Made by a program: the position numbers and the translations under genes. Below the pieces are notes generated by a model. The model saw only the letters and a list, made by a program, of their open reading frames with translations, was not told the origin of the DNA and did not search any database. Shown here in pieces: positions 46,902-55,904 of a DNA stretch of 64,000 nucleotides. The stretch lies in IMG/VR virus record IMGVR_UViG_3300017909_004140, positions 32,001 to 96,000 of that record; one strand, given 5' to 3'. This DNA comes from a virus. Taxonomy: Duplodnaviria > Caudoviricetes. Position 1 is the stretch's first letter; each line of letters begins with the position of its first letter.

Positions 46902-47460
46902 CGTTTTCCATCTGTAGTGTCTGTAATTTTAAATCAATATACTTGTAGTATTTTCTTATACCAAAACTTAATGAAACATTTTCTGTAAGATTGTCTGCAT
47001 AATGAGCTTTTTCTCCTGGTATAAACACAGACTCGCCTGCTTTAAGAACAACTTCTTCCTTATGGTCTGGAAATACCATCTTTTTAGTTCCAGAAAGAAG
47101 TAGTATTACTACATCATAAGGATCTACGTGAGCAATAAAACTCGACTTTCCTTCTTTTCCCCAGTATAAGTGACAATCTATATATTCTTCTTCAGTTTTG
47201 AAGTTACATATCGTTGAAATGAACTCATCGTATTTTTCAAACCCTTCTACTTTAAATGTGTTCTTGCTCTTTGCTTTTATTTTTGTTAAAGTATTTTTAT
47301 AAGAGTTCGGAAATACCATATTTTCTTCAGCATTTTCAATGTAGAATACTTTTCCATCTCTTATGAAATGATAATTAGTTATCAATTCTATAGGTTTTAT
47401 ATTATGATATTTTTCGTACAATTCATGCGAAAAAGTTTTTATATGGTTAGATAAATTCAT
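46846..47460 (-). CDS. JmjC/cupin (YcfD/RoxA-like) oxygenase
   Basis: SFIAHVDPYDVVILLLSGTKK...LKAGESVFIPGEKAHYA. Confidence 0.8.
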   Translation of the reverse strand: MNLSNHIKTFSHELYEKYHNIKPIELITNYHFIRDGKVFYIENAEENMVFPNSYKNTLTKIKAKSKNTFKVEGFEKYDEFISTICNFKTEEEYIDCHLYWGKEGKSSFIAHVDPYDVVILLLSGTKKMVFPDHKEEVVLKAGESVFIPGEKAHYADNLTENVSLSFGIRKYYKYIDLKLQTLQMENDASYNSLSENHGNLSAQL

Positions 47461-47679
47461 ATGGCTATGATACCACTAAACAAGAATTTTAGCAAGAAAA
47501 ATTTTACTGCAATTTGTACAGAATGTGGAGAAGACTACTCTACTAAAAGAAAAGCATTAGGTTATGATACGTGTTTAGATTGTGGAGAAGATAAGCGAAT
47601 ATTTCCAACAGCTCCAGCTTTTAATAAAGGAGCTTACACTATAGTAACAATGAACAACGTAAGGGATATAGGTAAATGA
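47461..47679 (+). CDS. DksA/TraR-like C4 zinc-finger protein
   Basis: CTECGEDYSTKRKALGYDTCLDC. Confidence 0.6.
   Translation: MAMIPLNKNFSKKNFTAICTECGEDYSTKRKALGYDTCLDCGEDKRIFPTAPAFNKGAYTIVTMNNVRDIGK
47467..47495 (-). promoter_or_regulatory. Promoter for the radical SAM operon (leaderless geometry)
   Basis: TTGCTA(47495-47490)-17-TATCAT(47472-47467)-6 nt-ATG(47460). Confidence 0.6.
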
Positions 47680-48224
47680 ATCGTAGATATTGGAATGAAT
47701 TGGCAGACGATTATATTAATAAAATTGAAAAATGGTTAAACACTCATTGTCAAATTTCTAGTGCTAGCAAGTTTGCTCTGATTGAGGCTAAGCTTGACTG
47801 GTCTAAACGTCGTCGTTGCTCTCGTGGTGGTTGGAGACACGGAGGTCCTATTGTTTCTATTGCAATGAATGTTGCTATACCTGATGATAATTTTGACACG
47901 CCCCGTAGAGTTTATGAGTATGCATCGTTTGATAGTGATCCTATTATTGGAGGCTTTTACACTAACAACTTAGAGCATAAATTGTTACATCATCTTACAC
48001 ACGAAATGGCTCATGCAGCTCAATATAATCATAAAAACTTTCATAAGATGTATAGAATCAAGCCTCATGGGAATGAGTTTAAAATGTTCTATAAAGAGTT
48101 GCGAGAAGTATTTTTAAATCCTTTTTTACCAGATCAAGAACTCATGGAAAAGGAATTTAGAAAGCACAAAAAACTGGCATATAGTGTTGAGATACCTAAC
48201 ATGATAGCCGCAAGTAAAGTTTGA
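47676..48224 (+). CDS. SprT-like Zn metalloprotease
   Basis: HEMAH...PHGNEFK. Confidence 0.65.
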   Translation: MNRRYWNELADDYINKIEKWLNTHCQISSASKFALIEAKLDWSKRRRCSRGGWRHGGPIVSIAMNVAIPDDNFDTPRRVYEYASFDSDPIIGGFYTNNLEHKLLHHLTHEMAHAAQYNHKNFHKMYRIKPHGNEFKMFYKELREVFLNPFLPDQELMEKEFRKHKKLAYSVEIPNMIAASKV

Positions 48225-48354
48225 TATCGAATGGAGCAAAATAAATGAAAACCTTCTTGCTAATTATATTCATTTTTGTTATACTTCTTCATATGGTCGC
48301 TTTATATGATTACACTTATAGCGTGACTAAAAAACTTTATGATTGGTCTAAGGA

Positions 48355-48573
48355 GTGAAAATGGTCAATAAACGAGAAATGCTATTAAGAGCTACTAGAA
48401 AATACTTAGAAGGTAATCTTGACAAGCACCTAGCTAATATTGAAATTTACCTAGAGAACCCAGCAGGTATCGGTGAGCATAGCGATATTATTGAAGCTAT
48501 TGAACAAGAGCTTGAGCAGGCTTCTAAGTACGATGACATGATTAGTACTCTAGATGATTATATTGAGGAATAA
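48355..48573 (+). CDS. Conserved-looking hypothetical phage protein
   Basis: NIEIYLENPAGIGEHSDI; promoter TTGCTA-17-TATACT upstream. Confidence 0.65.
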   Translation: MKMVNKREMLLRATRKYLEGNLDKHLANIEIYLENPAGIGEHSDIIEAIEQELEQASKYDDMISTLDDYIEE

Positions 48574-48576
48574 GCT

Positions 48577-48738
48577 ATGTTAATGCCTCACGAAGTAGAT
48601 AACTTAAAAGAAAAGCTAGTCGCTATACGTGAGGTTATAACTGACGACTCTGATATAGTGCATTTACAAGAACAAATTGATAAAATAGCAGAAATACTAG
48701 ATGAAATTGAAGAAGAAGTACTAGAATTCGACGATTAA
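48577..48738 (+). CDS. 53-aa acidic hypothetical protein (not in ORF track)
   Basis: GAGG SD; ends 1 nt before tRNA-Arg. Confidence 0.5.
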   Translation: MLMPHEVDNLKEKLVAIREVITDDSDIVHLQEQIDKIAEILDEIEEEVLEFDD

Positions 48739-48739
48739 A

Positions 48740-48816
48740 GGTTGCGTAGCTCAACAGGATAGAGCAACGGCCTTCTAAGCCGTAGGTTGAGGGTTCGAGT
48801 CCTTCCGCAATCGCCA
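48740..48816 (+). tRNA. tRNA-Arg(TCT)
   Basis: GGTTGCG/CGCAATC acceptor, anticodon arm ACGGC-CT-TCT-AA-GCCGT, GGTTCGAGTCC T arm, encoded CCA. Confidence 0.96.
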
Positions 48817-48818
48817 AT

Positions 48819-48893
48819 GCGGGTATAGTATAACGGCTATTACTACAGCCTTCCAAGCTGAAGATCGGAGTTCGATTCTCCGTACCCGCTCCA
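48819..48893 (+). tRNA. tRNA-Gly(TCC)
   Basis: GCGGGTA/TACCCGC acceptor, CAGC-CT-TCC-AA-GCTG, GTTCGATT T loop, encoded CCA. Confidence 0.95.
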
Positions 48894-48908
48894 ATAAAAG
48901 GTAATCAT

Positions 48909-49715
48909 ATGACAAAAAAATATATTGCAGTAAGTGGTGGATTTGATCCAGTACATAAAGGTCATTTAGAGATGATTGAAGAAGCAGCAGAGCATGGTGA
49001 TGTTGTTGTGCTTCTTAATTCTGATAAATGGCTAGCTAGTAAAAAAGGCAAAGCTTTTATGGACGAAGAGCAACGCTCTTATATTATGTCGTCTATTAAA
49101 GGAGTCGTTAATGTTATTATTGGGGATGACTCTGATGGAACTGTTTTAGACGCACTAAAACAGTTTAAAGAACAATATTCTGATGAAGAGGTAGAACTTT
49201 GCTTTGCTAATGGCGGAGATAGAAAAAATGATAATGTTCCTGAGGTTGAGTACTGCTTAGTAAATGACATTCAATTACTTTGGAATATTGGGGGAGAAAA
49301 AACACAATCTTCTTCTCATTTATTATCTAATTGGGCAGGGGAGCACTGTGTTAGAGATTGGGGGACTTGGACAGTTCTAAAAGATTATGGATCAGTAAAA
49401 GTAAAAGAGCTACATGTGCTACCAGATAAAGAATTATCTTTTCAAAAACATGAACATCGTTCTGAACATTGGTATGTTGTAAAAGGCACAGCGTATATTT
49501 ATAATGGTAAAGTTATTCCAGGGGAGGTTGTAAAACAACATAATACAGTAGACATTCCTCAAGGGGCTTGGCACCAGTTGTGTAACTATTCAACTACTGA
49601 ACCTCTTTTTATTTTAGAGGTACAACAAGGAGAAAAGTGTATTGAAGAAGATATTGAGCGTATTGATGCTCCTCGCCACGATTGGAGAGGCAAACGCGAC
49701 GGAAAATCTATCTAA
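48909..49715 (+). CDS. HIGH-family nucleotidyltransferase fused to a mannose-6-phosphate-isomerase-type cupin
   Basis: SGGFDPVHKGH, LNSD, FANGGDR; then WG.W...LSFQKHEHRSEHWYVV...EEDIER. Confidence 0.85.
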   Translation: MTKKYIAVSGGFDPVHKGHLEMIEEAAEHGDVVVLLNSDKWLASKKGKAFMDEEQRSYIMSSIKGVVNVIIGDDSDGTVLDALKQFKEQYSDEEVELCFANGGDRKNDNVPEVEYCLVNDIQLLWNIGGEKTQSSSHLLSNWAGEHCVRDWGTWTVLKDYGSVKVKELHVLPDKELSFQKHEHRSEHWYVVKGTAYIYNGKVIPGEVVKQHNTVDIPQGAWHQLCNYSTTEPLFILEVQQGEKCIEEDIERIDAPRHDWRGKRDGKSI

Positions 49716-50157
49716 TAGTATTGAATGTTTAACTACTAATATATACTTTGAAGCTCGTAACCAATCTCTAGCAGGACAAATGGCCATAGTTTTGGTGGTT
49801 TTAAACAGGGTAAAAAGTGAGCATTATCCTAACACTGAGTGTGATGTAGTATTAGAAGGCCCAACTAGAGAGTCTTGGAAAACTAAAAAAGACCCATCGT
49901 TATCAGACGAGGACAGAATATACTATCCTATTAGACATCGCTGTCAATTTAGTTGGTATTGTGATGGTGTAAAAGACGTAGTAGGAAATAGAGAACGCTG
50001 GGAAGAGTTAAAAAATATAGTTGAAGAGTTTATGAAATCAGATTTATATGACTTTACAGAAGGATCTACTCATTACCATGCTTTTTATGTTTCTCCAGAG
50101 TGGGCTGAAGAAAAAGTATTAACCACTGTTATCGGAGACCATATTTTCTATCGGTAG
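49642..50157 (+). CDS. SleB-like cell wall hydrolase (Hydrolase_2)
   Basis: CLTTNIYFEARNQ...VVLNRV...CQFSWYCDG...GSTHYHA...IGDHIFYR. Confidence 0.92.
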   Translation: MKKILSVLMLLATIGEANATENLSNSIECLTTNIYFEARNQSLAGQMAIVLVVLNRVKSEHYPNTECDVVLEGPTRESWKTKKDPSLSDEDRIYYPIRHRCQFSWYCDGVKDVVGNRERWEELKNIVEEFMKSDLYDFTEGSTHYHAFYVSPEWAEEKVLTTVIGDHIFYR

Positions 50158-50247
50158 TAAAACCTAAATCGACAAAAATACCAATTGCCAAACTCATTTA
50201 ATTCTTGTATTATGTCAATATACAAGAATTTTTTGTGAGGTAGATTA

Positions 50248-52410
50248 ATGGCAACGATAGTTCCCGTCTCTCTCGGTGGTACTGGATCGAATAATATTTC
50301 TGGTGCTATTGAGAATCTTGGCTTTAGTGCCGCAAATACAGAAACCACCCTAAGTAACGTAACAGCTACGACCGTAACCATTCAAGGATTGACTTTGAAT
50401 GAGTCTACTGGTGTGCCTTCTTTTATCAATTCTAACTTACATATGGGAGCAGGTACCAGAATAAATGGTACTCCCGTACTTGATAGTGCTGTTATAAATA
50501 ATGCTACTATTTCAGCAGGCGGATTAACTTTTATTACTGAAAATGGTAATGCGCTTGTTACTACTGCGAGAGTTATTCACAAAGCAGCTTTTGATAGTAA
50601 TACCTCTTTTCCTGATCCTGTTACATTTAACGGCTATTTTGCTGTGGACCATGCATATAGTAAGGCATACTATAGTGATGGTTATAAACATAATGAACTC
50701 TTAACTAACAATACCTCTCTTACCCCAGATAAAAATTTTGGTACTTACGAACAAGATTTTGATATTGCTGGAGGCGCTACTGTACTTAGATCATTTCTTG
50801 ATATAGGCACAATCACTAATCAAATTAGAAATGTTAATATGCACGGAGCTATCAGAGGAGCTAACACTCTTTCTGTATATGAGTCTGTAAACTTCGGAGA
50901 CAACGGCTTTAGATATGTAGCTAATGATTCTTTAGGAGACCAGATTATCATCGGCCCTGGAGGAGCAGTTCCCGATACTCAGATGCAGATTAACGGTAAT
51001 TTACGTATCAACGGTAATTTGGTTATTATTGGTGCCACTCTTAACCAAGATACAGCAGCTGGAACAGTGCAAACAAACTTACATCATTTTGCCTCTACTA
51101 CAAATACAACTACTAACTCACTAATCTATGGTGTAGATTCCGCAAATACAAATATTGACACAGTTCAAGGTAATTTACACTCTTTTGGAACTCATGCAAA
51201 CTCTAGAATAAATATTGTACAGAGCAATGTTCATTCTATGGGAGCTAGAACTAATGCGAATATAAATGTTCTTCAAGGAAATATGGATCATCTCGGTACT
51301 AGTGTTAATAACTCTATTACTGCAATTCATTCTGGTAGTCAAGACTTTACTGTTAATAAAACATTCCAAGCTAATGTTACTATTCAAGGAAATCTAGTAG
51401 TCCAAGGAGACACTATTTCTGCAGACGTTACAAACATGACCGTCGAAGACCCTCTAATTGTATTAGCTAATAATAATCCAGGCACCTCTCTTGATGCGGG
51501 CTTATTAGTTCAAAGGTTAAATCCTGCCGATAATCAAGCTTGGATATGGGACGAAGCAAATGATGGTTGGGCAGCCTTAAGAACTTCAGAAGATGGTAGT
51601 ACAGCTGGTTCTATCTCTGCTTTGGGTTATATGGATGTTTATGCGAGAGATGTTAGACCTCAGAGAGATTTAAGGTCACCTAATGTTTTTGTAACAGATT
51701 TATCAGCAGATAGAATAGTTCACACTACTACTTCTGGAGAGCTTACTGCAACTTCTAGTCTTACTTTTGATGGTACTACTTTTGGAGTTAACAAAATATC
51801 CTCTGTTGCTAGTGGTGATGATCTTGTATTTGACACAAATGGTACAGGTAATGTTGTAGTAACACAAGGTACTCAGATTGAACTAGCGTCTGCTAATGTT
51901 GCTGATCTAACCTCTGGTAGAGTAGTTTATGCAGGCTCTAATGGTGAGCTTCAAGACGATGGAGATTTTACGTTTGATGGTACTACCGTTACAGCTAGTT
52001 CTTTATCAGTAAGTGGTTCTACTGCTTCTACTAGTAAAGATACAGGCGCATTAATCGTTACAAACGGAGGATTAGGAGTTGAGGGAGCTATTCATGCAGG
52101 GGGTGATGTTTCCGCTTTTAATACTTCAGACTATCGTTTAAAGAATAATGTAAAAAATATTAACTCTGCACTAGACAAACTAGATAATATATCAGGCGTT
52201 GAGTTTGATTGGAGCGCTTCTGAGGCTGGTCTTAATTATGGTCATCTACACGGCCATGACGTTGGTGTTATCGCTCAAGATTTACAACAAATATTACCAG
52301 AAGCAGTTAAGACTAGAGATGATGGTTACTTAGCCGTAGACTATAGCAGAGTTGTTCCTCTCCTCATTCAAGCCATTAAAGAGTTAAAAGCACAAATTGA
52401 GGACAAATAA
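50248..52410 (+). CDS. Tail fibre with C-terminal peptidase S74 intramolecular chaperone
   Basis: beta-rich repeats, VEDPLIVL, GALIVTNGGLGV, SDYRLKNNV...GVIAQDLQ...VDYSRVVPLLIQAIKEL. Confidence 0.9.
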   Translation: MATIVPVSLGGTGSNNISGAIENLGFSAANTETTLSNVTATTVTIQGLTLNESTGVPSFINSNLHMGAGTRINGTPVLDSAVINNATISAGGLTFITENGNALVTTARVIHKAAFDSNTSFPDPVTFNGYFAVDHAYSKAYYSDGYKHNELLTNNTSLTPDKNFGTYEQDFDIAGGATVLRSFLDIGTITNQIRNVNMHGAIRGANTLSVYESVNFGDNGFRYVANDSLGDQIIIGPGGAVPDTQMQINGNLRINGNLVIIGATLNQDTAAGTVQTNLHHFASTTNTTTNSLIYGVDSANTNIDTVQGNLHSFGTHANSRINIVQSNVHSMGARTNANINVLQGNMDHLGTSVNNSITAIHSGSQDFTVNKTFQANVTIQGNLVVQGDTISADVTNMTVEDPLIVLANNNPGTSLDAGLLVQRLNPADNQAWIWDEANDGWAALRTSEDGSTAGSISALGYMDVYARDVRPQRDLRSPNVFVTDLSADRIVHTTTSGELTATSSLTFDGTTFGVNKISSVASGDDLVFDTNGTGNVVVTQGTQIELASANVADLTSGRVVYAGSNGELQDDGDFTFDGTTVTASSLSVSGSTASTSKDTGALIVTNGGLGVEGAIHAGGDVSAFNTSDYRLKNNVKNINSALDKLDNISGVEFDWSASEAGLNYGHLHGHDVGVIAQDLQQILPEAVKTRDDGYLAVDYSRVVPLLIQAIKELKAQIEDK

Positions 52411-55271
52411 TGGCAACACCTACTACTGGTGAAATTTCCATCTCAGATTTACAAAATTTATACTCCCCTGTTCGTACAGCTCCTGGAAAACTTGGAGACT
52501 ATCATGCAGGAGGCTCTGTTGTAGCTTCAGGAGAGAAGCTAAGCGGAGGCGCAGGAGCTGCTATTCCTACAGCTCCTAGTGAACTTAGTTTATCAGATTT
52601 TTACGATCTTCGTGCTACTGTTCATGGCGCTGCTTTAACGGCCTCTACGGCTGCTTCAGTATTTGACGGCATTGATGTTTCGTGGACGGCTAGTGGTAAT
52701 GGTGAGTCTGCTGACAGTTGGCAAATTGGATGGAGACCTTCTCCGTCTACAGATGCTTATACCTACCTATCTACTGATTATCAGGGAAACCCTATCACTT
52801 CAACTAGTGCAACTGTTACTATTCCTTCTACTCCAGGTGCTACTCTACATGATTTAGTGGTTCGAGGAATAAATGCTTTTGGAACAGGAGTTGATTCTAG
52901 TCCTCAAACAGCCTATAAAAAAGCTCCTACTGCTGATTATCTTTATGATACTCCTGTAAGCTCTACTGTTGGAAGTATTGCAGGACAAGGTATTAGTACT
53001 GTTCATGTGTATGCTGCCGTTGGTGCTGGTGGGGCAACAGGTCCTTATTTCTTTACAGGCGGTGATGGCCCTGGAGCTGGTGAAAGTCCTTTTTCTGCTG
53101 ATGGAGGTATGTGGTGGTGGCCTCACTATACTTATCAAGTAGATATGGCAGGTGCCGGAGGTGGAGGCTCTGGAGGTATTGGATATAGAGCTACTTCGAT
53201 TCCTGTTACCCCTTCTACTCCTGTTAGTATTACAGTAGGACAATCAACCTCTGGTACTGGCGGCACTACAACTGTCAATATTGGAGGTACAAACTATGTA
53301 GTAGCTAATGGAGGGGCAGTTGGTGGTCGAGGTGGATTAATTACAGGAGGTAGTCCAGGAACTCCTGCTGGATTACCCTCTACATATATCCCAACCTCTC
53401 CAATCGAAGCAATTACAAGCGGTCCAAAAACTGAAGCTAATTTTATGCAAAAAGGATACTTTTATTATAATCCTCCATCAAATAATTGGTATCCTCCTAC
53501 TAATAACCCGACTGTCTCACAATCAGAAGCAGAACAGCATTTCGATCGCGCAGCTACTGCTCTTCGTTGGGGTGTTGCAGGAGATGGTGGTGCAGCTGGA
53601 GGAATTCCTACTGGAACGACTGCTCAAAGTCCTACTCATACAAATTCTGGTGCTGGATATGCGGGCGTTAATGTAGAACACAATAGACCAATTACTGCGT
53701 GGCCAAATACTTTTGGTCAAATGCACGGTGCTGGAGGTGTCGGTTATACTATTACAGTTCCTAATACTGATACGGTACCTGGACTTCCTGGAAATGTTCC
53801 TTTAAACGGCCCAGCATATCCTGGCTCAGGATCTCTTACAGTTAACGTGGGATATGGCAGTAGTTGGAAATCTACTGCATTTCCTGCTCCTTATGGCAAA
53901 GTTTATCAAGATGGAACAGGACATCCTGGAACCACAAGTATCCCTGGTCACGTAGCCTTTTCTGATACCCCAACTGCTCAAATGACAAGTCCTACGTATG
54001 TTGATGAAGCAGGAGATGGGTTTGTTTGGGTTCGTTTTAATGATGCTCCTGGATCTATTTCAGCAACTTCATACTCAGAGTATTCATCCCCAACATGGCC
54101 TACACAACATAAGGCCAATGGAACATCAGTTCCTAGTGATGGAATTAACTATTTTGGTAGAGGACCTGCATTAGTAGGTCCAGCTCCAGGAAGCGGTCCT
54201 TACTCTCCGATTGGTATACCTGCTGGAACAGCGTTTGCACCAAATCATCAAGAACCAATCAGTGGTACCGGTCAGGGAGCGACTATAGGAGGAGGAGCTT
54301 CGTTAACACCCTCTCCAGGCCATGTAAATAAAACTCAAAAAGTTACTTATTTTCCTCTTATTTCCTCTTCAGGTGTTACAGTCGATCCTGGTACATTAGG
54401 ACAAACACAAGCATATACTAATCACGCAGTAACAATATCTCCTGATAATACTAATAAAGCATACTCAGCAGGTGGATACGGACTGTATGTACCTGGCTCT
54501 ACAGATGAAGGTATGCAGACAGCTATTTCACGTTTTGAGTTTCCTTCTACTTCAATCACTTCTTCTGTTACCACGCTTAGTACTGGTAGAGCTTCTCATA
54601 CAGGATTCTCACTTGGAGTTAGCAATAGAGGATATGTAGGAGGTGGATGGACTAGTGGACTTACAGGACCGCAGGCTGCTGTTAATACTATGGAAGCATT
54701 TATCTTCCCATCAGAAACAACTGCTGCAGAGCCAAATAATATTGGAACTGCTCGTATGCATTCAGCTTCTGCAGCTAGTATGGACTATGGATATACAATT
54801 TCTGGAAAAACTACTTTTCCTATTCCTGCTACCACAGGAACAGATGAAATAACTAGATTTGCTGGAGCTTCTGGCTCTACCACAATTTCTGTATCAGATT
54901 TAGGAGAGTTTCCATCTTCAGGAGCAATACTTGCTTGGAGTACTTTAGGGTATATTATGACCTCTGATGCTGAACAAACTGGTTTTTCAACTGTTGCTCT
55001 TGCTAGTAATAATAGATCAGTAAACTATGGAGAACACCGTGATAAGTGGTTTGGAACGCTAAGAAATAATGGATTTTTTCCACAAGCACCGAACGCTACG
55101 GTAGCTGGAACTGCTGTATCAGGTAGAGCTCACGGCTTCTTGCTAACAGCTCCTGGTAGAATTGAAAAGTTTCCTTTCTCTTCTGGTGTTTATGCAGTTG
55201 ATTCTACTCAAGAACTAAGTCCTACCTCTAGTACCTATGGATATGGGTACGGAGCACCTGGAGTTGGTTGA
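52410..55271 (+). CDS. Large Gly-rich adhesin-like virion protein with FN3-like and KFPF-repeat regions
   Basis: PTTGEISISDL...LSLSDFY N-terminus, VSWTA...VRGINAFGTG, GAGGGGSGG blocks, C-terminal IEKFPFSS. Confidence 0.7.
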   Translation: MATPTTGEISISDLQNLYSPVRTAPGKLGDYHAGGSVVASGEKLSGGAGAAIPTAPSELSLSDFYDLRATVHGAALTASTAASVFDGIDVSWTASGNGESADSWQIGWRPSPSTDAYTYLSTDYQGNPITSTSATVTIPSTPGATLHDLVVRGINAFGTGVDSSPQTAYKKAPTADYLYDTPVSSTVGSIAGQGISTVHVYAAVGAGGATGPYFFTGGDGPGAGESPFSADGGMWWWPHYTYQVDMAGAGGGGSGGIGYRATSIPVTPSTPVSITVGQSTSGTGGTTTVNIGGTNYVVANGGAVGGRGGLITGGSPGTPAGLPSTYIPTSPIEAITSGPKTEANFMQKGYFYYNPPSNNWYPPTNNPTVSQSEAEQHFDRAATALRWGVAGDGGAAGGIPTGTTAQSPTHTNSGAGYAGVNVEHNRPITAWPNTFGQMHGAGGVGYTITVPNTDTVPGLPGNVPLNGPAYPGSGSLTVNVGYGSSWKSTAFPAPYGKVYQDGTGHPGTTSIPGHVAFSDTPTAQMTSPTYVDEAGDGFVWVRFNDAPGSISATSYSEYSSPTWPTQHKANGTSVPSDGINYFGRGPALVGPAPGSGPYSPIGIPAGTAFAPNHQEPISGTGQGATIGGGASLTPSPGHVNKTQKVTYFPLISSSGVTVDPGTLGQTQAYTNHAVTISPDNTNKAYSAGGYGLYVPGSTDEGMQTAISRFEFPSTSITSSVTTLSTGRASHTGFSLGVSNRGYVGGGWTSGLTGPQAAVNTMEAFIFPSETTAAEPNNIGTARMHSASAASMDYGYTISGKTTFPIPATTGTDEITRFAGASGSTTISVSDLGEFPSSGAILAWSTLGYIMTSDAEQTGFSTVALASNNRSVNYGEHRDKWFGTLRNNGFFPQAPNATVAGTAVSGRAHGFLLTAPGRIEKFPFSSGVYAVDSTQELSPTSSTYGYGYGAPGVG

Positions 55272-55426
55272 TGAACACATTAAAAGAAGATATTAAAGAA
55301 ATAAAAGATAAGTTATTGAGAATAGAAACAGAAACTCAATCGCTAAAACAATCACTAGAACACTTGTACAATTTACTTGACCAACTTAAAGGAAAGGAGG
55401 GGAATGATGATAACGAGACTACCTAG
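55271..55426 (+). CDS. 51-aa coiled-coil protein (not in ORF track)
   Basis: MNTLKEDIKEIKDKLLRIETETQSLKQSLEHL...; TGATG coupling. Confidence 0.55.
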   Translation: MNTLKEDIKEIKDKLLRIETETQSLKQSLEHLYNLLDQLKGKEGNDDNETT

Positions 55427-55904
55427 TGTAATATTTAAAATTAGAGAAGACGGAGAGTGGGTTGATAGAAGCTCTGATGAAATGTTTGTCGGAACTAACG
55501 TAATGTTTGCACTTCCTGGTGCATTTACACCTACTTGTTCATCTACTCATTTACCACAGTTTGACTTACTATATGATGAGTTTAAAGGACATGGCATAAG
55601 TAATATCTACTGCTTGTCTGTTAACGACTCGTATGTAATGAATGCTTGGGCAAAAGAACTTGGAATCACTAATATTAAAATGATTCCAGACGGAACGGGC
55701 GATTTTACTCGTCAAATGGGTATGTTAGTAAATAAAGCAGACAAAGGATTTGGCTATCGTTCTTGGAGATATGCCTTAGTAACTGAAGGCATGGAAATCA
55801 AGAAAGCTCTTATTGAGTCAGATAGGAGTGATAACACCACTGATGATCCTTTTGAGGTTTCAAGCGCTACTAGCGTATTAAACTATCTAAGAGAGTGTGC
55901 ATGA
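55404..55904 (+). CDS. Peroxiredoxin (Prx5 type)
   Basis: LPGAFTPTCSSTHLP, SVND.YVMNAW, RSWRY. Confidence 0.93.
   Translation: MMITRLPSVIFKIREDGEWVDRSSDEMFVGTNVMFALPGAFTPTCSSTHLPQFDLLYDEFKGHGISNIYCLSVNDSYVMNAWAKELGITNIKMIPDGTGDFTRQMGMLVNKADKGFGYRSWRYALVTEGMEIKKALIESDRSDNTTDDPFEVSSATSVLNYLRECA

Noticed and set aside
48635-48856. 73-aa minus-strand ORF
   Set aside because: Antisense to two clear tRNA genes.
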